64,000 nucleotides of DNA. Source: a candidate division WOR-3 bacterium (GTDB lineage Bacteria > Hydrothermota > 32-111). The position numbers were made by a program, and so were the translations under genes. Position 1 is the first letter of the stretch. Each line of letters starts with the position of its first letter. Below, in pieces: positions 19,658 through 31,021 of this stretch. Where the stretch lies: the NCBI GenBank assembly GCA_037481815.1, contig JBBFKX010000001.1, forward strand, positions 672,001 through 736,000, in the 5' to 3' direction. Under the pieces are notes generated by a model. It saw only the letters and a list, made by a program, of their open reading frames with translations, did not search any database and was not told where the DNA came from.

Positions 19658-20499
19658 TTTCCTCCAAGAAATATCGCAAAAAGTCCAATAAGCATATCAT
19701 ATTTTATCAAAGAGTTTACAACTCTTTTCGTCTTTAAATCGTTGAATATATAAAAGATCAAAAGCAAAACTATTAAAATCAGATCTACACCAAAGAACGC
19801 AACAAGCATATACAATTTGTTGTATATCCCTAAAAGATAAGGGATGAAAGTTAAGATGATAAGTATGATGAAAACAACTATAGCAACAAAAAGGGAGTTC
19901 TCTTCACCCAAAACTATCGGTAATGTTCTCCTTCCAATATACTTATCACCGTTGACATCCTCAATATCCTTCAAAATTTCTCTACCGAGTGTCATAAAGA
20001 ATGCAAATAGAGCAGGGAATACACCTTTTGATATATCACCGGCGATTTCAGAGCCAAAAATGAAAAGGAGTCCTGAAAGAAGTGAGATTATAAAGTTTCC
20101 CAAAAAAGGGATCCTTTTCAATTTATAAGAATAAAAGTAAAGTAATACAGTTGAGAAAAAAACTACCAGAAACAATCGGAATGATAGAAAAAAAGATATA
20201 AAAAATGATAAAATCGAAAACAAAAAATAAATGAAGTAAATAAACTTTATGTTGAACTTTGATTTAACAAGTGGCCTTTGTGGCTTGTTGATTCTGTCAG
20301 TTTCAAGGTCGAATATATCGTTTATTATGTTACCAGCGAACATTACAAAAAATACAGAAAATATGCCTAAATATAATCGAAAATCTTTTAGATTGAATTT
20401 TACAAGCAAATATGAAACAAAAACACCAAACCCACCTATCAAAGCGTTGTTGATTCTTAAAAGTTTGATTAAATCAAAAAATTTATTGCTTTTTACCAT
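19654..20499 (-). CDS. UbiA-family prenyltransferase, DGGGP-synthase-like
   Basis: NDIFDLETDRINKPQRPL and REILKDIEDVNGD..RTLPIVLG, the pattern typical of geranylgeranylglycerol-phosphate geranylgeranyltransferases. Confidence 0.8.
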   Translation of the reverse strand: MVKSNKFFDLIKLLRINNALIGGFGVFVSYLLVKFNLKDFRLYLGIFSVFFVMFAGNIINDIFDLETDRINKPQRPLVKSKFNIKFIYFIYFLFSILSFFISFFLSFRLFLVVFFSTVLLYFYSYKLKRIPFLGNFIISLLSGLLFIFGSEIAGDISKGVFPALFAFFMTLGREILKDIEDVNGDKYIGRRTLPIVLGEENSLFVAIVVFIILIILTFIPYLLGIYNKLYMLVAFFGVDLILIVLLLIFYIFNDLKTKRVVNSLIKYDMLIGLFAIFLGGK

Positions 20500-21388
20500 C
20501 TTCCTTAAAAAGTTCTTTTAAACTTCCCAGCGACGAGAGGATGCCTGTTGCTTCGTATGGAATGAAGATCTTTGAACCGTTTCCATTTGCAATCTTTTCA
20601 AGTGCTTCAAGATATTTTAAAGTAATAACATCATTCGTTGCCTTACCATCATGTATTGCCTGAAAAACTGACTTTATCGCCTGTGCCTGACCTAATGCAA
20701 CCAAAATCTGCGCCTGTTGTTCACCTTCAGCAACTTTGATTTTACTCTCTCTTTCTCCTTCAGCGATCAAAATTTTTGATTGTTTTTCACCCTCAGCAAG
20801 AAGTATTGTGGCTCTTTTCTCTCTTTCTGCCTTCATCTGCTTTGTCATCGCTTCCTGTATCTCATCCGGTGGGTTTATGTTCTTAAGTTCAACTCTGTTA
20901 ACCTTCACTCCCCACTTGTTCGTTGCATCATCAAGAATCACCTGTAGTTCGCTGTTAATCTTTGCTCTTGAAACGAGTGTCTCATCAAGTGTCAGATCTC
21001 CTATGACATTTCTTAAAGTTGTTATTGTTAACTTCTCTATAGCATAAACGATGTTGGTTATCTCATACATCGCTTTGTATGGTTCAGTTATCTGATAATA
21101 GATAACAGTATCTATCTGCATCGTTACATTGTCTTTTGTTATAACAGGTTGCGGGGGAAAATCGAGAACCTGTTCCCTTAAATCGATTCTCACAAGATAT
21201 CTTGGCCCAAACGCTATCGGCCTAATCGTATCTATAATAGGTATTATCACATGGATTCCACTTTTCAGTGTTGCTCTGTATTTACCAAACCTCTCTATTA
21301 TCACAACCTCTGCCTGTCGCACAATTATAACAGCTTTTGATAAAAAGATTATAACAGCAAAAATGATAAAAAACCATAAAAGTATCAT
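20483..21388 (-). CDS. SPFH/band-7 (QmcA/stomatin-like) membrane protein
   Basis: N-terminal TM, IERFGKY, IDLREQ, VITKDNV, QMKAEREKRA..AEGE repeats. Confidence 0.92.
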   Translation of the reverse strand: MILLWFFIIFAVIIFLSKAVIIVRQAEVVIIERFGKYRATLKSGIHVIIPIIDTIRPIAFGPRYLVRIDLREQVLDFPPQPVITKDNVTMQIDTVIYYQITEPYKAMYEITNIVYAIEKLTITTLRNVIGDLTLDETLVSRAKINSELQVILDDATNKWGVKVNRVELKNINPPDEIQEAMTKQMKAEREKRATILLAEGEKQSKILIAEGERESKIKVAEGEQQAQILVALGQAQAIKSVFQAIHDGKATNDVITLKYLEALEKIANGNGSKIFIPYEATGILSSLGSLKELFKEDGKKQ

Positions 21389-22818
21389 ACTCTCTCCTTT
21401 TTAGATTTAAAAACCAGATTCCCTTCTTTGTAAGTTTCAACTATTTTTACATCATCTTCATCAATTCTTTTATCTGTAACTATAAAATCAGCCTTAAAAC
21501 CTTTTGAAAGTTTTCCAAATTTTTTTTCTTCTTGAACTATCTTTGCACTCCCCTCAGTATAACACTTGAATCCATTTATAAAATCAATCCTTTGCTCTTC
21601 AAAAAGAGCTTTCTTCAAAGAATTTAAACCATAAAGTGGTGAAGGAGGCATACAGTCAGACCCAAAACCTAATGGTATTTTCTTGTTGAAAATGTATCCA
21701 AACACATTGTTAAATTCAAAATAATTCTTACTCAACCTCTCCTCATACATCTGCCCTTTTAAACCCCAGTTTCCAATAAAATTCGGTTGCATCGAAAGGA
21801 ATATCCCTTTTTCTCTGACCTGTTCTATCTGTTCTTTTGAAGAGATTTCAAAATGTTCGATTCTGTGCCCTTCTGGATTTGAAAGATTTTTGAGAACAAA
21901 ATCTGTTGCCCTGTCTCCAATCGAATGTATTGCGAGTTGATAACCTTTTTCTTTTGCAAGCGAAACTATTTTTTTAAAGTTTTTTTCACTTATAAAAATT
22001 TTTCCTTTCTGTCCGTTTTTATATTTTTTATAAACAGCAGCAGTGAAAGCACCTATGGATCCATCAGTAAAAATTTTCAGACCTTTCAATTTTATTCTAT
22101 CTCTATCTTTCCACTTTGAGAGTTTTTTTTCATACTCCCATGGAAAATAAAAAAATATATCAAGGACACTATCTGTTTCACTGTAAACATCAAGTGAATC
22201 AAAAGTAGCCATATCTGAAACGGATGTGATACCAAGAGATAAAAATTTTTCCTGTGCAACCCTGAACGCTTTAAAAAGTTCTTTTTTCTCAGGTTTGAAA
22301 ATCGTATTCAATTTTAAAACTATACCTTCTTTCAGAACACCGTCATCATTACAATCCTGAAAATTTCCTGAATTTTTCAAAAATTTTATCGACTCACTGT
22401 TAAAAACAGCGATATGTCCACAAACTCTTCTTGCGATAACCGGAACATCTCTAAAATGTTGATCAAGAATTTTCTTGTTCAGTGTTTCTTTTTTTAAAAA
22501 CTTTGTTTCATCATAACCTTCGGCTATAACAAATTTTGATTCATTGTTATCTTTTAGGTATTTTTTGATCCTTTCCACGATTTCATCAACACTTTTAACA
22601 CCGGTGAGATTACACCTTAAAAGGTTGAGTCCATACCAGATAATATGTGTGTGTGAATCAAAAAAGGAAGGATAGATATATCTGTTCTTTAAAACTATGT
22701 GCTTATCAAAAACTTTACATTTTTCATTAGCTAAAGAAACAACTTTTCCATTTTCAACTATAAGAAAATTTTTAAAACCTTTTCCATCAAAAATGTTCGA
22801 TTCGAATAGGATCTTCAT
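21385..22818 (-). CDS. Amidohydrolase family 3 (YtcJ-like)
   Basis: [37 protein letters not shown]. Confidence 0.85.
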   Translation of the reverse strand: MKILFESNIFDGKGFKNFLIVENGKVVSLANEKCKVFDKHIVLKNRYIYPSFFDSHTHIIWYGLNLLRCNLTGVKSVDEIVERIKKYLKDNNESKFVIAEGYDETKFLKKETLNKKILDQHFRDVPVIARRVCGHIAVFNSESIKFLKNSGNFQDCNDDGVLKEGIVLKLNTIFKPEKKELFKAFRVAQEKFLSLGITSVSDMATFDSLDVYSETDSVLDIFFYFPWEYEKKLSKWKDRDRIKLKGLKIFTDGSIGAFTAAVYKKYKNGQKGKIFISEKNFKKIVSLAKEKGYQLAIHSIGDRATDFVLKNLSNPEGHRIEHFEISSKEQIEQVREKGIFLSMQPNFIGNWGLKGQMYEERLSKNYFEFNNVFGYIFNKKIPLGFGSDCMPPSPLYGLNSLKKALFEEQRIDFINGFKCYTEGSAKIVQEEKKFGKLSKGFKADFIVTDKRIDEDDVKIVETYKEGNLVFKSKKERV

Positions 22819-24548
22819 GATTCTATATCCAGAAACGGTCTTAACATATCAGCTCTATTTTTATGAGCGAGTTTCTCAAGTGCTTTTGCCTCTATCTGCC
22901 TGACTCTTTCCCTTGTGACATCGAGTATCTCGCCGACCTCTTCGAGTGTTCTCTGGTAACCATCCTGCAAACCGAACCTCAACTTTAGAACCGTCTGCTG
23001 TCTTGGAGAAAGATCTGAAAGCACAAGATCAAGTTTTTCTCTCAACATCGAAAGCATCGCATGATGTTGTGGTGATTTCTGATCAACATCTTCGATAACA
23101 TCACTGAACTTTGATTCATCACTATCTCCTATAGGTTTGTCAAGTGATATTGTTTCCTGTGCTATCTTATATACACTCTTTATCTTCTCAAGTGGCATAT
23201 CAAGTTTTTCAGCGATCTCCTCCTCCGATGGTTCTCTTCCAAGTTCCTGCATCAGATTTCTTGTAACCTTAACAACCTTATGCATAACCTCGATCATATG
23301 GACTGGAACCCTTATAGTTCTTGCCTGATCTGCGATCGCTCTTGTGATCGATTGTCTGATCCACCATGTAGCGTATGTGCTGAATTTGTATCCTTTCTGA
23401 TAATCAAATTTTTCCACCGCCTTCATCAAACCAACATTTCCTTCCTGTATAAGATCCATAAATTCAAGTCCTCTGTTGGTGTATCTTTTCGCTATCGAAA
23501 TCACAAGTCGAACATTCGATTCCATCATCCTTTCTTTCGCTCTGTTGAGTTTTCTTTCATACTCGTTAAGATTTTTTACTATTTTGCAGAACTCATCACA
23601 ATCGCATTTCAAATTCTGTTCATAATCTTTTATTTTATTGTGAATCCTCTCAATCTCAAATGAAGCATTTTTGAAATCTTCCCTTTTAATATTCTTTCTT
23701 TTATATTTCAATGGAACAGTTCCCTGTGCTTTCGCATTCTTTAAAATATCATCTATAGAAGCATCAAACCTCTTTTCGATCATTCTCAACTTTTCCTTTT
23801 CAAACTCTATCTCTTTCGATAGTTCCCTGTACTCTTTTATATACTGGTTCAAAAGCAGAGGATTCAACTGTAGTTCCTCAATATAACTTATAAGATTTTT
23901 AAAAACTTTTTCAACTTTCTGGTCAGTAGCAATTTTTTCTTCCTTTCTCATCTTGGCATAACCTTTTTTCAACTCTTTTATCTTTTTTAAACTCTCTTTA
24001 ACTTTCGCATATATGTTTTTTAACCTTTGAATCTTTTTCTTCTGTGAAAGTTCTGATGAGATTTTTGGATCCTCTATGTGAAAGTATTGATCGATAGATT
24101 CACCTTCAACAACAACTTTGTTGAAGAATTCATCAAGGTAGGAAAATGTTTTTTCAACTGAAAAAAGGTTTGTCAATATTCCCCTTCTTCCTTCCTCAAT
24201 CATTTTTGAAATTTCTATCTCTTCTTCCTTCGTTAGAAGATCTATCGATTTCATCTCGTTAAGATACATTTTTATCGGATCATCGTTTCTGACCTCTTCT
24301 ACTTCCCTTTTTTCATCTTCACCTCTGATATAAGATTCTCCGATAGTTTTCTCGGTTTCATCCTCAACAAGAACTATTCCAAGACCTTGCATCCTCTTTA
24401 TCAGTGTCTCTATAAGATCAACTCTAAAATCATCAGGCAGAATCTCGTTCAACTTCTGATAGGAAAGTTCCCCTCCATTGGAACTTTCTTTTACTATCAT
24501 TTCAATAATCTCATCAAGAGGATCGTAGTTCTTGCTATTTTTTACCAT
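22815..24548 (-). CDS. rpoD: RNA polymerase primary sigma factor
   Basis: [62 protein letters not shown]. Confidence 0.97.
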   Translation of the reverse strand: MVKNSKNYDPLDEIIEMIVKESSNGGELSYQKLNEILPDDFRVDLIETLIKRMQGLGIVLVEDETEKTIGESYIRGEDEKREVEEVRNDDPIKMYLNEMKSIDLLTKEEEIEISKMIEEGRRGILTNLFSVEKTFSYLDEFFNKVVVEGESIDQYFHIEDPKISSELSQKKKIQRLKNIYAKVKESLKKIKELKKGYAKMRKEEKIATDQKVEKVFKNLISYIEELQLNPLLLNQYIKEYRELSKEIEFEKEKLRMIEKRFDASIDDILKNAKAQGTVPLKYKRKNIKREDFKNASFEIERIHNKIKDYEQNLKCDCDEFCKIVKNLNEYERKLNRAKERMMESNVRLVISIAKRYTNRGLEFMDLIQEGNVGLMKAVEKFDYQKGYKFSTYATWWIRQSITRAIADQARTIRVPVHMIEVMHKVVKVTRNLMQELGREPSEEEIAEKLDMPLEKIKSVYKIAQETISLDKPIGDSDESKFSDVIEDVDQKSPQHHAMLSMLREKLDLVLSDLSPRQQTVLKLRFGLQDGYQRTLEEVGEILDVTRERVRQIEAKALEKLAHKNRADMLRPFLDIES

Positions 24549-26252
24549 TTACTTTCCCCCTTTAAGTTTTTTCTGTATAAGGATCTTTATTTCAAGTAAT
24601 CTATCCCTTTCCTCTTCATCTGTACAGTTTTTTATTTGAGTTTCCAGTTCTTTTATCTTTCTTTCAAGTTTTTTCCTCTTTAATATTGAAAGAACGTCTT
24701 TTATCTTCTTTTCATCTGGAAGATTGTTTGAGTAGTAATCCATTCTTTCAATAATTTTATTTTTAAGATTATTAATTTTATCATTCTTTAACAAAAAATC
24801 AACATTGTTTTCCCACTTTTCCTCTATAGAATTGCATACAGAAACAAAAACACCTTTGAGATTCAGGTCAAGAAAATCCTCCTCTTCGATTTCAGAGCAA
24901 AAAGTTTTACACAAATTTTTATCCACAAGCATCATAGATACGATATCAACATAAACATTTATAAGACCAGCATCATTTTTTTCATCCTTTGTTTTTTTGT
25001 ACTCTTTAACTTCTTCAAGATTCACTTCAAAACCCAACTCTTTTTTTACCATATCCCTGTATAAAAATTTCAGAGATTTATCCTGAATTCCATTTATTGA
25101 AGATGAAAGAAACGTTAGAAGATGTTTTCTGGAAAGCATCCTATCCTTTTCCCTTTTCAAAAAATAATCTGATGAAAATTTTATGATATCAACAAAATCT
25201 TTACGCAAAAATTCATGTGTTAACTTTTGAGTGTTTTTTACCAGTTCGTCTGGATCCTTAAAATTTTCGTTTTTATAAACCTCAACTATCAGACCTTCCT
25301 TTAAAAGTATTGGTATCGATCTCATCGTCGCATTCTGCCCTGCATCGTCTGAATCGTACATTAAAACAACCTTTTCACAGAACTTTTTTAAAATCTTTGC
25401 CTGATTTTCAGTACAGGCAGTTCCAAGTTGAGCAACAATGTTTTTTATACCACTTTTGTAAAGAGAGATAAAGTCCATATAACCTTCAACAAGGATAGCA
25501 TAATTTTCCTCAGATATAAATTTTCTGCTCAAATTCAAACCATAAAGAAAATCCCCCTTTTTATAAACCGGTGTTTGTTGCGTGTTAACATATTTTGGAA
25601 GTTCATCTCCAAGCACTCTTCCACCAAACCCGAGAATATTTCCGGTTATGGAAAAAATTGGAAACATTATTCTGTTGTAAAAAACCTCTCGATATTTCCC
25701 TTCATCATTTTTTACGACCAATCCTGCTTTGATAAAATCTTCTAAATTCAATCTGTTTTCTTTTATGTTTTTCAAAAGTGTTCTCTCGCCATCAGCATAT
25801 CCAAGCATAAACAAAGAAATCTCTTCTTCATTCAAACCTCTTTGTTCAAGATAGGAAAGTACATTTTTGTTTTTTTTTAAACTTTTATGATAGACATCAC
25901 ATGCGAATCTGTTAACTTCAAAGATGATCGATGCGATGCCCCTTTCCTGAGTTTTCAGATAATTTTTAATATCGATTCCACTTTTTCTTGCAAGTATTTC
26001 AACAGCATCCTTAAAATCAACATTTTCGATAAACTGGATAAAGGTTATAACATCACCTCCCTTACCACAACCAAAACAATGGAAAAAACCTCGCTGTGGA
26101 TGAACGAAAAAGGAAGGCGTTTTTTCTGAATGGAAAGGACATAAACCCTTGAGTGAACTTCCACTCTTTTTCAACTTAACATATTCTGAAACAACAGAAT
26201 CTATAGGATTTAACTCTTTTATCTTAAAAATTAGATCTTCATAGTTGAGCAT
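24549..26252 (-). CDS. dnaG: DNA primase
   Basis: CPFHSEKTPSF..CFGC zinc finger, RIMFPI, PKYVNT, VEGYMD, YDSDDAG, KDPDE. Confidence 0.97.
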   Translation of the reverse strand: MLNYEDLIFKIKELNPIDSVVSEYVKLKKSGSSLKGLCPFHSEKTPSFFVHPQRGFFHCFGCGKGGDVITFIQFIENVDFKDAVEILARKSGIDIKNYLKTQERGIASIIFEVNRFACDVYHKSLKKNKNVLSYLEQRGLNEEEISLFMLGYADGERTLLKNIKENRLNLEDFIKAGLVVKNDEGKYREVFYNRIMFPIFSITGNILGFGGRVLGDELPKYVNTQQTPVYKKGDFLYGLNLSRKFISEENYAILVEGYMDFISLYKSGIKNIVAQLGTACTENQAKILKKFCEKVVLMYDSDDAGQNATMRSIPILLKEGLIVEVYKNENFKDPDELVKNTQKLTHEFLRKDFVDIIKFSSDYFLKREKDRMLSRKHLLTFLSSSINGIQDKSLKFLYRDMVKKELGFEVNLEEVKEYKKTKDEKNDAGLINVYVDIVSMMLVDKNLCKTFCSEIEEEDFLDLNLKGVFVSVCNSIEEKWENNVDFLLKNDKINNLKNKIIERMDYYSNNLPDEKKIKDVLSILKRKKLERKIKELETQIKNCTDEEERDRLLEIKILIQKKLKGGK

Positions 26253-26258
26253 AAATTT

Positions 26259-26323
26259 AATATAATCTTATTTTATTAAAAATCAATATTATAATTGACT
26301 ATTTGGGATCATACCAATATAAT
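26259..26323. promoter_or_regulatory. Divergent sigma70 promoters (dnaG on -, diguanylate cyclase on +)
   Basis: Minus: TTGATT-16-TATATT, 6 nt before dnaG ATG. Plus: TTGACT (26295)-17-TATAAT (26318), 8 nt before ATG 26332. Confidence 0.65.
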
Positions 26324-26331
26324 AGTTTTTT

Positions 26332-28335
26332 ATGAGAGATCTCAACCTTATTCTTTCGATCCTGTTACTATTTATAATTTCTGGAATTATGAATTTAACC
26401 GTTTCCTTTGAAATAATTAATTTTGTACAAATATTTCTTAGTTTATTTTTTACACTCTTTCTTCTATTTTATTTCATTAGATTTTTTTTCTACCCCAACC
26501 ATCTCTTCTTTCTTTTACCTTTAACTTTTCTTGTACCATTTTTGAACAAAGATCTTGGGTGGTTTTTGTATTTTATCCTTGTTTCCCTTTCAACATTACT
26601 TGCGATTTTAGATTATGAAAGGAAAAAGGTTTATTTCTATTTCTTTCTCTTCACATCTTTTTTATGGATAAGAACCTCTTTTCACAACAACGACAAGATT
26701 CTATATTCAAGCGTTATAACGATAACAACTTTTTTAACTCTGCTTCTTGGTGATAAAGAAAAATCCAAAAAAAGAAATCTTGAAGAAAAGTATGAAAACC
26801 TTTCATCAAAAAACAAAATCATAGAGGTCTCTCCGTTTATGCTTGAAAAAGAACAGGTTTTAAGCGATGATCTTGAAAAAAATAAGATGATTTTAAATAC
26901 CATAGATGATGCTATAGTTTCACTCCTTTCAACTTTGAAAATCCTTCTGAACAACAAAAGTGTGGTTTTTTTCCTGTTGAATAAAAAAAATGGTTATCTT
27001 TTCATTGAACAGGGACTCTCGAATGAAGATATAAATCTTAAAAAAACCGTTTCCAACAAGGAGAATTTTCTTTATTCTGTTGTCAACGATCTAAAAAATA
27101 TAAAGGATAATTTTTTCACAGGGGATATTTCAAAGTTATCACTTTACAAGCAAGACACGATCGTTCGATCGATTATTTCTTTACCTGTTATCAAATCTGG
27201 AGAATGTGTTGGGGTTTTATATGTTGATGATACAGAAGAGGAAAAATTTACAGATAAGGATGTGCAGACGATTAAACTCTTTTCTGATCAGATTGGAATG
27301 ATATTAAACTTTGCAGAATACGCTCAACAGGCAAAAACTGAAGCAACAGTTATCTCCATTTTAAACGAGATAACACATAAACTTTCAAAAACACTCGATT
27401 TTGAAGAGATAATCAAAATAATAACAGGTTCTTTAAAGATCATAATAGATTTTTCAAACTATTTTCTTGTTTCCTTTGAGAAATCGAATCTTAAGATTTT
27501 GATTACCGATTCGAACATAAAAAGATATCCTGAAACGATCTCAGAGAACAGTTTTTTACACCTTGCATTCAAACAGGATAACGTTTTCTATAAAACCAAA
27601 CTTCTTGATAGAGATATTCCGATTTATCTTTTTCATAAAGGCGATAATATAGGACTTTTTGACTCAGCGATATCAATACCAGTTTTTCTTGATGACGAGA
27701 AAAGAATATTTTTGATTTTGATATCTGGTGAAAATCTTTCGATAGATTCGGGGAAAAATTTTCTTTTAAATTTTATCTCCGATATCGCAATAACAGCTTC
27801 AGAAAAATCTTTTTTATACCAGAAGACAAAAGATCTTGCGATCAAAGATGGGTTAACCGGAATCTATAACCATAGGTTCTTTCAGGATGAACTCACAAAA
27901 ATTCTTTTGAATTCACAGCGTTCTGATAAAAAGGTCTCTCTTGGACTTTTAGATATAGATTATTTCAAGAAGTTCAACGATACTTATGGCCACCAGATAG
28001 GTGATCTTGTTTTAAAACATATTGCCACCATCTTACAGGAATCTTTGAGAAAAACTGATCTTGTTGCAAGATACGGAGGTGAAGAGTTCGTTATAGTTTT
28101 GACCAACATAAAGGATGACTCTTTTGAAAATGTTTTTGAAAATATCAGAAAAAAGATTGAGGATACTAAAATCAGAATTTCATCAAACAAAGAATTGAGC
28201 GTTACTGTTAGTATCGGTTTTTCTCTATTTCCAGATGACACAAAAGATAAAAACCTTTTGATTAACTTTGCGGATTCTGCTCTGTATAAAGCAAAAGAAC
28301 TTGGAAGAAATAGGGTCGTCAGATATCAAAAATAA
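26332..28335 (+). CDS. Membrane-anchored GAF-domain diguanylate cyclase
   Basis: N-terminal TM helices, GAF-like SLPV..GVLYVD, DGLTGIYN, DIDYFKKFNDTYGH, RKTD I-site, RYGGEEF. Confidence 0.93.
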   Translation: MRDLNLILSILLLFIISGIMNLTVSFEIINFVQIFLSLFFTLFLLFYFIRFFFYPNHLFFLLPLTFLVPFLNKDLGWFLYFILVSLSTLLAILDYERKKVYFYFFLFTSFLWIRTSFHNNDKILYSSVITITTFLTLLLGDKEKSKKRNLEEKYENLSSKNKIIEVSPFMLEKEQVLSDDLEKNKMILNTIDDAIVSLLSTLKILLNNKSVVFFLLNKKNGYLFIEQGLSNEDINLKKTVSNKENFLYSVVNDLKNIKDNFFTGDISKLSLYKQDTIVRSIISLPVIKSGECVGVLYVDDTEEEKFTDKDVQTIKLFSDQIGMILNFAEYAQQAKTEATVISILNEITHKLSKTLDFEEIIKIITGSLKIIIDFSNYFLVSFEKSNLKILITDSNIKRYPETISENSFLHLAFKQDNVFYKTKLLDRDIPIYLFHKGDNIGLFDSAISIPVFLDDEKRIFLILISGENLSIDSGKNFLLNFISDIAITASEKSFLYQKTKDLAIKDGLTGIYNHRFFQDELTKILLNSQRSDKKVSLGLLDIDYFKKFNDTYGHQIGDLVLKHIATILQESLRKTDLVARYGGEEFVIVLTNIKDDSFENVFENIRKKIEDTKIRISSNKELSVTVSIGFSLFPDDTKDKNLLINFADSALYKAKELGRNRVVRYQK

Positions 28336-28985
28336 TCTTTGATTTTAAGGTATAGAAGGTAGGTGGAAAAAACATCCATGGAACAATATTTTGCGATTTC
28401 AAGAAATTTTTCCTCTCTATAAAATTTTTCAACATCTTTTCCTGACATATTGATTTTTGGAGAAGGTATATCAAAAATTTTGCAGTATATATCAAGGGAA
28501 TTCCCTTTCAAAAGACCACTCAAAGTTAAAACATCGTAGACATCATAGTGCTCCTCTTTTTTAAACCTGGGGGTGTTGATATTCCTTGAAGGTTTTACAC
28601 CATTGATTATCGCTCTGAAAGTTATAAAAGGACAATCGAACCTTAACCCGTTGAAAGTGATAAACCTTGAACATCTTTTAATCCTATCGTAAAAATTTTC
28701 CAGAATTTCCTTTTCGTTTGCTATTGTGAACATTCTTTTGTAACCGTTATAATCATCGATATAACTGTTATCAAAAAGAGTATTCTGTGATGACTGGTAA
28801 AATGTTTCAATGATGTTTTTATCAACATCAAGAATCGAAAGAGCAACAATTTTTCCAGATGAAGGATATAAACCTTTTTTTTCTTTGAAATCTTTATCCT
28901 TATCTAAAAAGTATTCTAAAACTTTTTCATCGATCTTGTCATCATCTATTCCAAAAGTTTCTATATCAAAACATATCTCACCCAT
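28326..28985 (-). CDS. Stand-alone PolB-like 3'-5' exonuclease (DEDDy, RNase H-like fold)
   Basis: FDIET (ExoI), FNGLRFD (ExoII), YCSMDV (ExoIII). Confidence 0.85.
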   Translation of the reverse strand: MGEICFDIETFGIDDDKIDEKVLEYFLDKDKDFKEKKGLYPSSGKIVALSILDVDKNIIETFYQSSQNTLFDNSYIDDYNGYKRMFTIANEKEILENFYDRIKRCSRFITFNGLRFDCPFITFRAIINGVKPSRNINTPRFKKEEHYDVYDVLTLSGLLKGNSLDIYCKIFDIPSPKINMSGKDVEKFYREEKFLEIAKYCSMDVFSTYLLYLKIKDYF

Positions 28986-29640
28986 TTTTTTCTCCTATCA
29001 AAATTTGTTTGAGTTCGAAAACATCGTTTGCAAAAAATGTAGGTTTTATAAGTTTTTTTTCGTTTTCATCAATATAACCATAACAAACGATTATGGAATC
29101 TATAGAGTTAAAGATCGCACCATCAAAATCACTTTTCCTATCTCCAACCATAACCGTACTTGTTTTTTCAATATTGAATCTTGTTAGAATCGAATTTATC
29201 AACTCCTCTTTACTCGCATTCGATCCATCCATTTCTGTCCCCTGAACATATTTAAAGAAGTTCATAAGAGAAAAATGCTCTAAAATCTTCTGAGCGAATC
29301 TCGTTGGTTTTATAGTTGCAAGAAAAAGATTTTTTCCATTTCTGCTCAACCCATCTAAAAGTTCATATACACCATTATACAACTTATTTCTGTACATTCC
29401 TTCATCTTCAAATTTTTTTCTGTACAAACTCACAGCAAGATCTATTTTTTCTTTATCTTCGGTTTTAAGAACTTCTCTGTAAATTTTAAAAAGAGGTTCA
29501 CCAATATATTTTTCCAACTTCTTTTTTTCAATTTTTATTCCAAAATGTTGAAGTGAATAATCGAGAGAATCTATGATCCCCTCTTTAGAATCCGTTAAAG
29601 TTCCATCTAGATCGAATATTATATTTTTATAATTTTTCAT
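28978..29640 (-). CDS. HAD-family phosphatase (Gph/5'-nucleotidase-like)
   Basis: FDLDGTL, ATIK, K, VGDRKSD. Confidence 0.9.
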   Translation of the reverse strand: MKNYKNIIFDLDGTLTDSKEGIIDSLDYSLQHFGIKIEKKKLEKYIGEPLFKIYREVLKTEDKEKIDLAVSLYRKKFEDEGMYRNKLYNGVYELLDGLSRNGKNLFLATIKPTRFAQKILEHFSLMNFFKYVQGTEMDGSNASKEELINSILTRFNIEKTSTVMVGDRKSDFDGAIFNSIDSIIVCYGYIDENEKKLIKPTFFANDVFELKQILIGEKNG

Positions 29641-30185
29641 CGATTCAATCTCTCAATTAAACTTTCATAATGGTTTATTCTTTCCTTTAGAACAGTTTTT
29701 TTTAAATTTTCATTTTTTATCCTGTCATTCATAAAACCTTCGATTTCAAGGTAATTTTCAAGGAAATCAAAATAAACTCTTTGATTCTCTATCGATGAAT
29801 TTAACCTGAAAATTGAGTTTTTTATAAGTTCATAGAGTTTTCCAACACTTTCGGTCGGATATTTCTGTTTTCTTAAAATTTTAATCATTCCAACAATTAT
29901 ATTAAATTTTTCCAGATCTTTCACGACACCTTCCGGGTAAAACAGTATCTGTGCTTTCGTTATAATATTAAGTTCCCTGTTCTCTTTATAAAATATTTCG
30001 AGAGAGTTAACAGAGAGTTGTTCAAGAGGTGATTGCAACCTTCTGTTTTTTCTATAAAGACCTTTCACAAGAAAATTTTTACAACCAAATATCGGTGTAA
30101 AAACTTCTATAAGTCCACTGCTTTCAAGGTACTTGTTTTTTTTGAAAACTATTCCTTCAGTTTCTATATACGAAGTTTTTATCAT
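29637..30185 (-). CDS. recO: DNA repair protein RecO (short form)
   Basis: N-terminal OB fold ETEGIVFK..YLESSGLIEVFT..G; position after the ybeY cluster; only 182 aa, no Zn-finger cysteines. Confidence 0.75.
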   Translation of the reverse strand: MIKTSYIETEGIVFKKNKYLESSGLIEVFTPIFGCKNFLVKGLYRKNRRLQSPLEQLSVNSLEIFYKENRELNIITKAQILFYPEGVVKDLEKFNIIVGMIKILRKQKYPTESVGKLYELIKNSIFRLNSSIENQRVYFDFLENYLEIEGFMNDRIKNENLKKTVLKERINHYESLIERLNR

Positions 30186-31021
30186 CTTCTCGGGAAACCT
30201 TTACCCATAACCTCATAAACATTAGATACAACAACAAAAGCATCCTTATCTATATCCTCAATGATTTTACTCAAAATCGAGATCTCTCTTCTTGCAACAA
30301 CACAGTAAAGAATTGTTTTTTCTTCCTTTGAATACATCCCTTTTCCGTTGAAACCCGAAACTCCCCTTCTGAGTTTGTTTATTATTTCATTTGAAATCTC
30401 TTCAGGTTTGTTTGTGAATATGAAAACTCCCTTTGCATAGTCCTGCCCCTCCAGCACAAGATCTATCATTTTACTTGAAAGATAGAGCGAAAGATACGAG
30501 TAGAGTATCAGTTCATAACTTTTAAAAATAAGCCCCGTAAGACCGATAACTATCGAATCAACTATAAAAATAGATGTTCCTATTGAGATCGAAGTAAATC
30601 TGTTTATCATCCTTCCGATAATATCACTTCCACCTGTGGAGCCTTTTCCTTTGAATACAAAACCAAGACCTATACCTAAAATCACTCCTCCATAAAGTGT
30701 TGCGAGCAACTGGTTTCCTTCAAAAATCAGAAATTTAAAATAACTCAATATATCTGAAAAAAAACCTATCAAAAGAATTGAAATCAATGTTCTGATAACA
30801 AAAAGGGTTCCAAAAAGTTTTATACTACCGATAAGCAGAGGGATGTTTAAAACTATCATCATGATACCAAAAGGTGTTTTGAAGACATGATGTAAAACCA
30901 TCGATATACCTGAGATACCACCTGTACTGATCTTTCCAGGAACAAGGAAAAAAGTATACCCAACAGAGCATAATATTATTCCTAAAGCAAGGTAAAAGAT
31001 ATCTTTTGTGTTTATTCTCAT
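30182..31021 (-). CDS. YitT-family membrane protein
   Basis: GGISG, NIPL, GSTGGSD, GKGMYS, D..AFV..EVMGKGF. Confidence 0.9.
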   Translation of the reverse strand: MRINTKDIFYLALGIILCSVGYTFFLVPGKISTGGISGISMVLHHVFKTPFGIMMIVLNIPLLIGSIKLFGTLFVIRTLISILLIGFFSDILSYFKFLIFEGNQLLATLYGGVILGIGLGFVFKGKGSTGGSDIIGRMINRFTSISIGTSIFIVDSIVIGLTGLIFKSYELILYSYLSLYLSSKMIDLVLEGQDYAKGVFIFTNKPEEISNEIINKLRRGVSGFNGKGMYSKEEKTILYCVVARREISILSKIIEDIDKDAFVVVSNVYEVMGKGFPRR

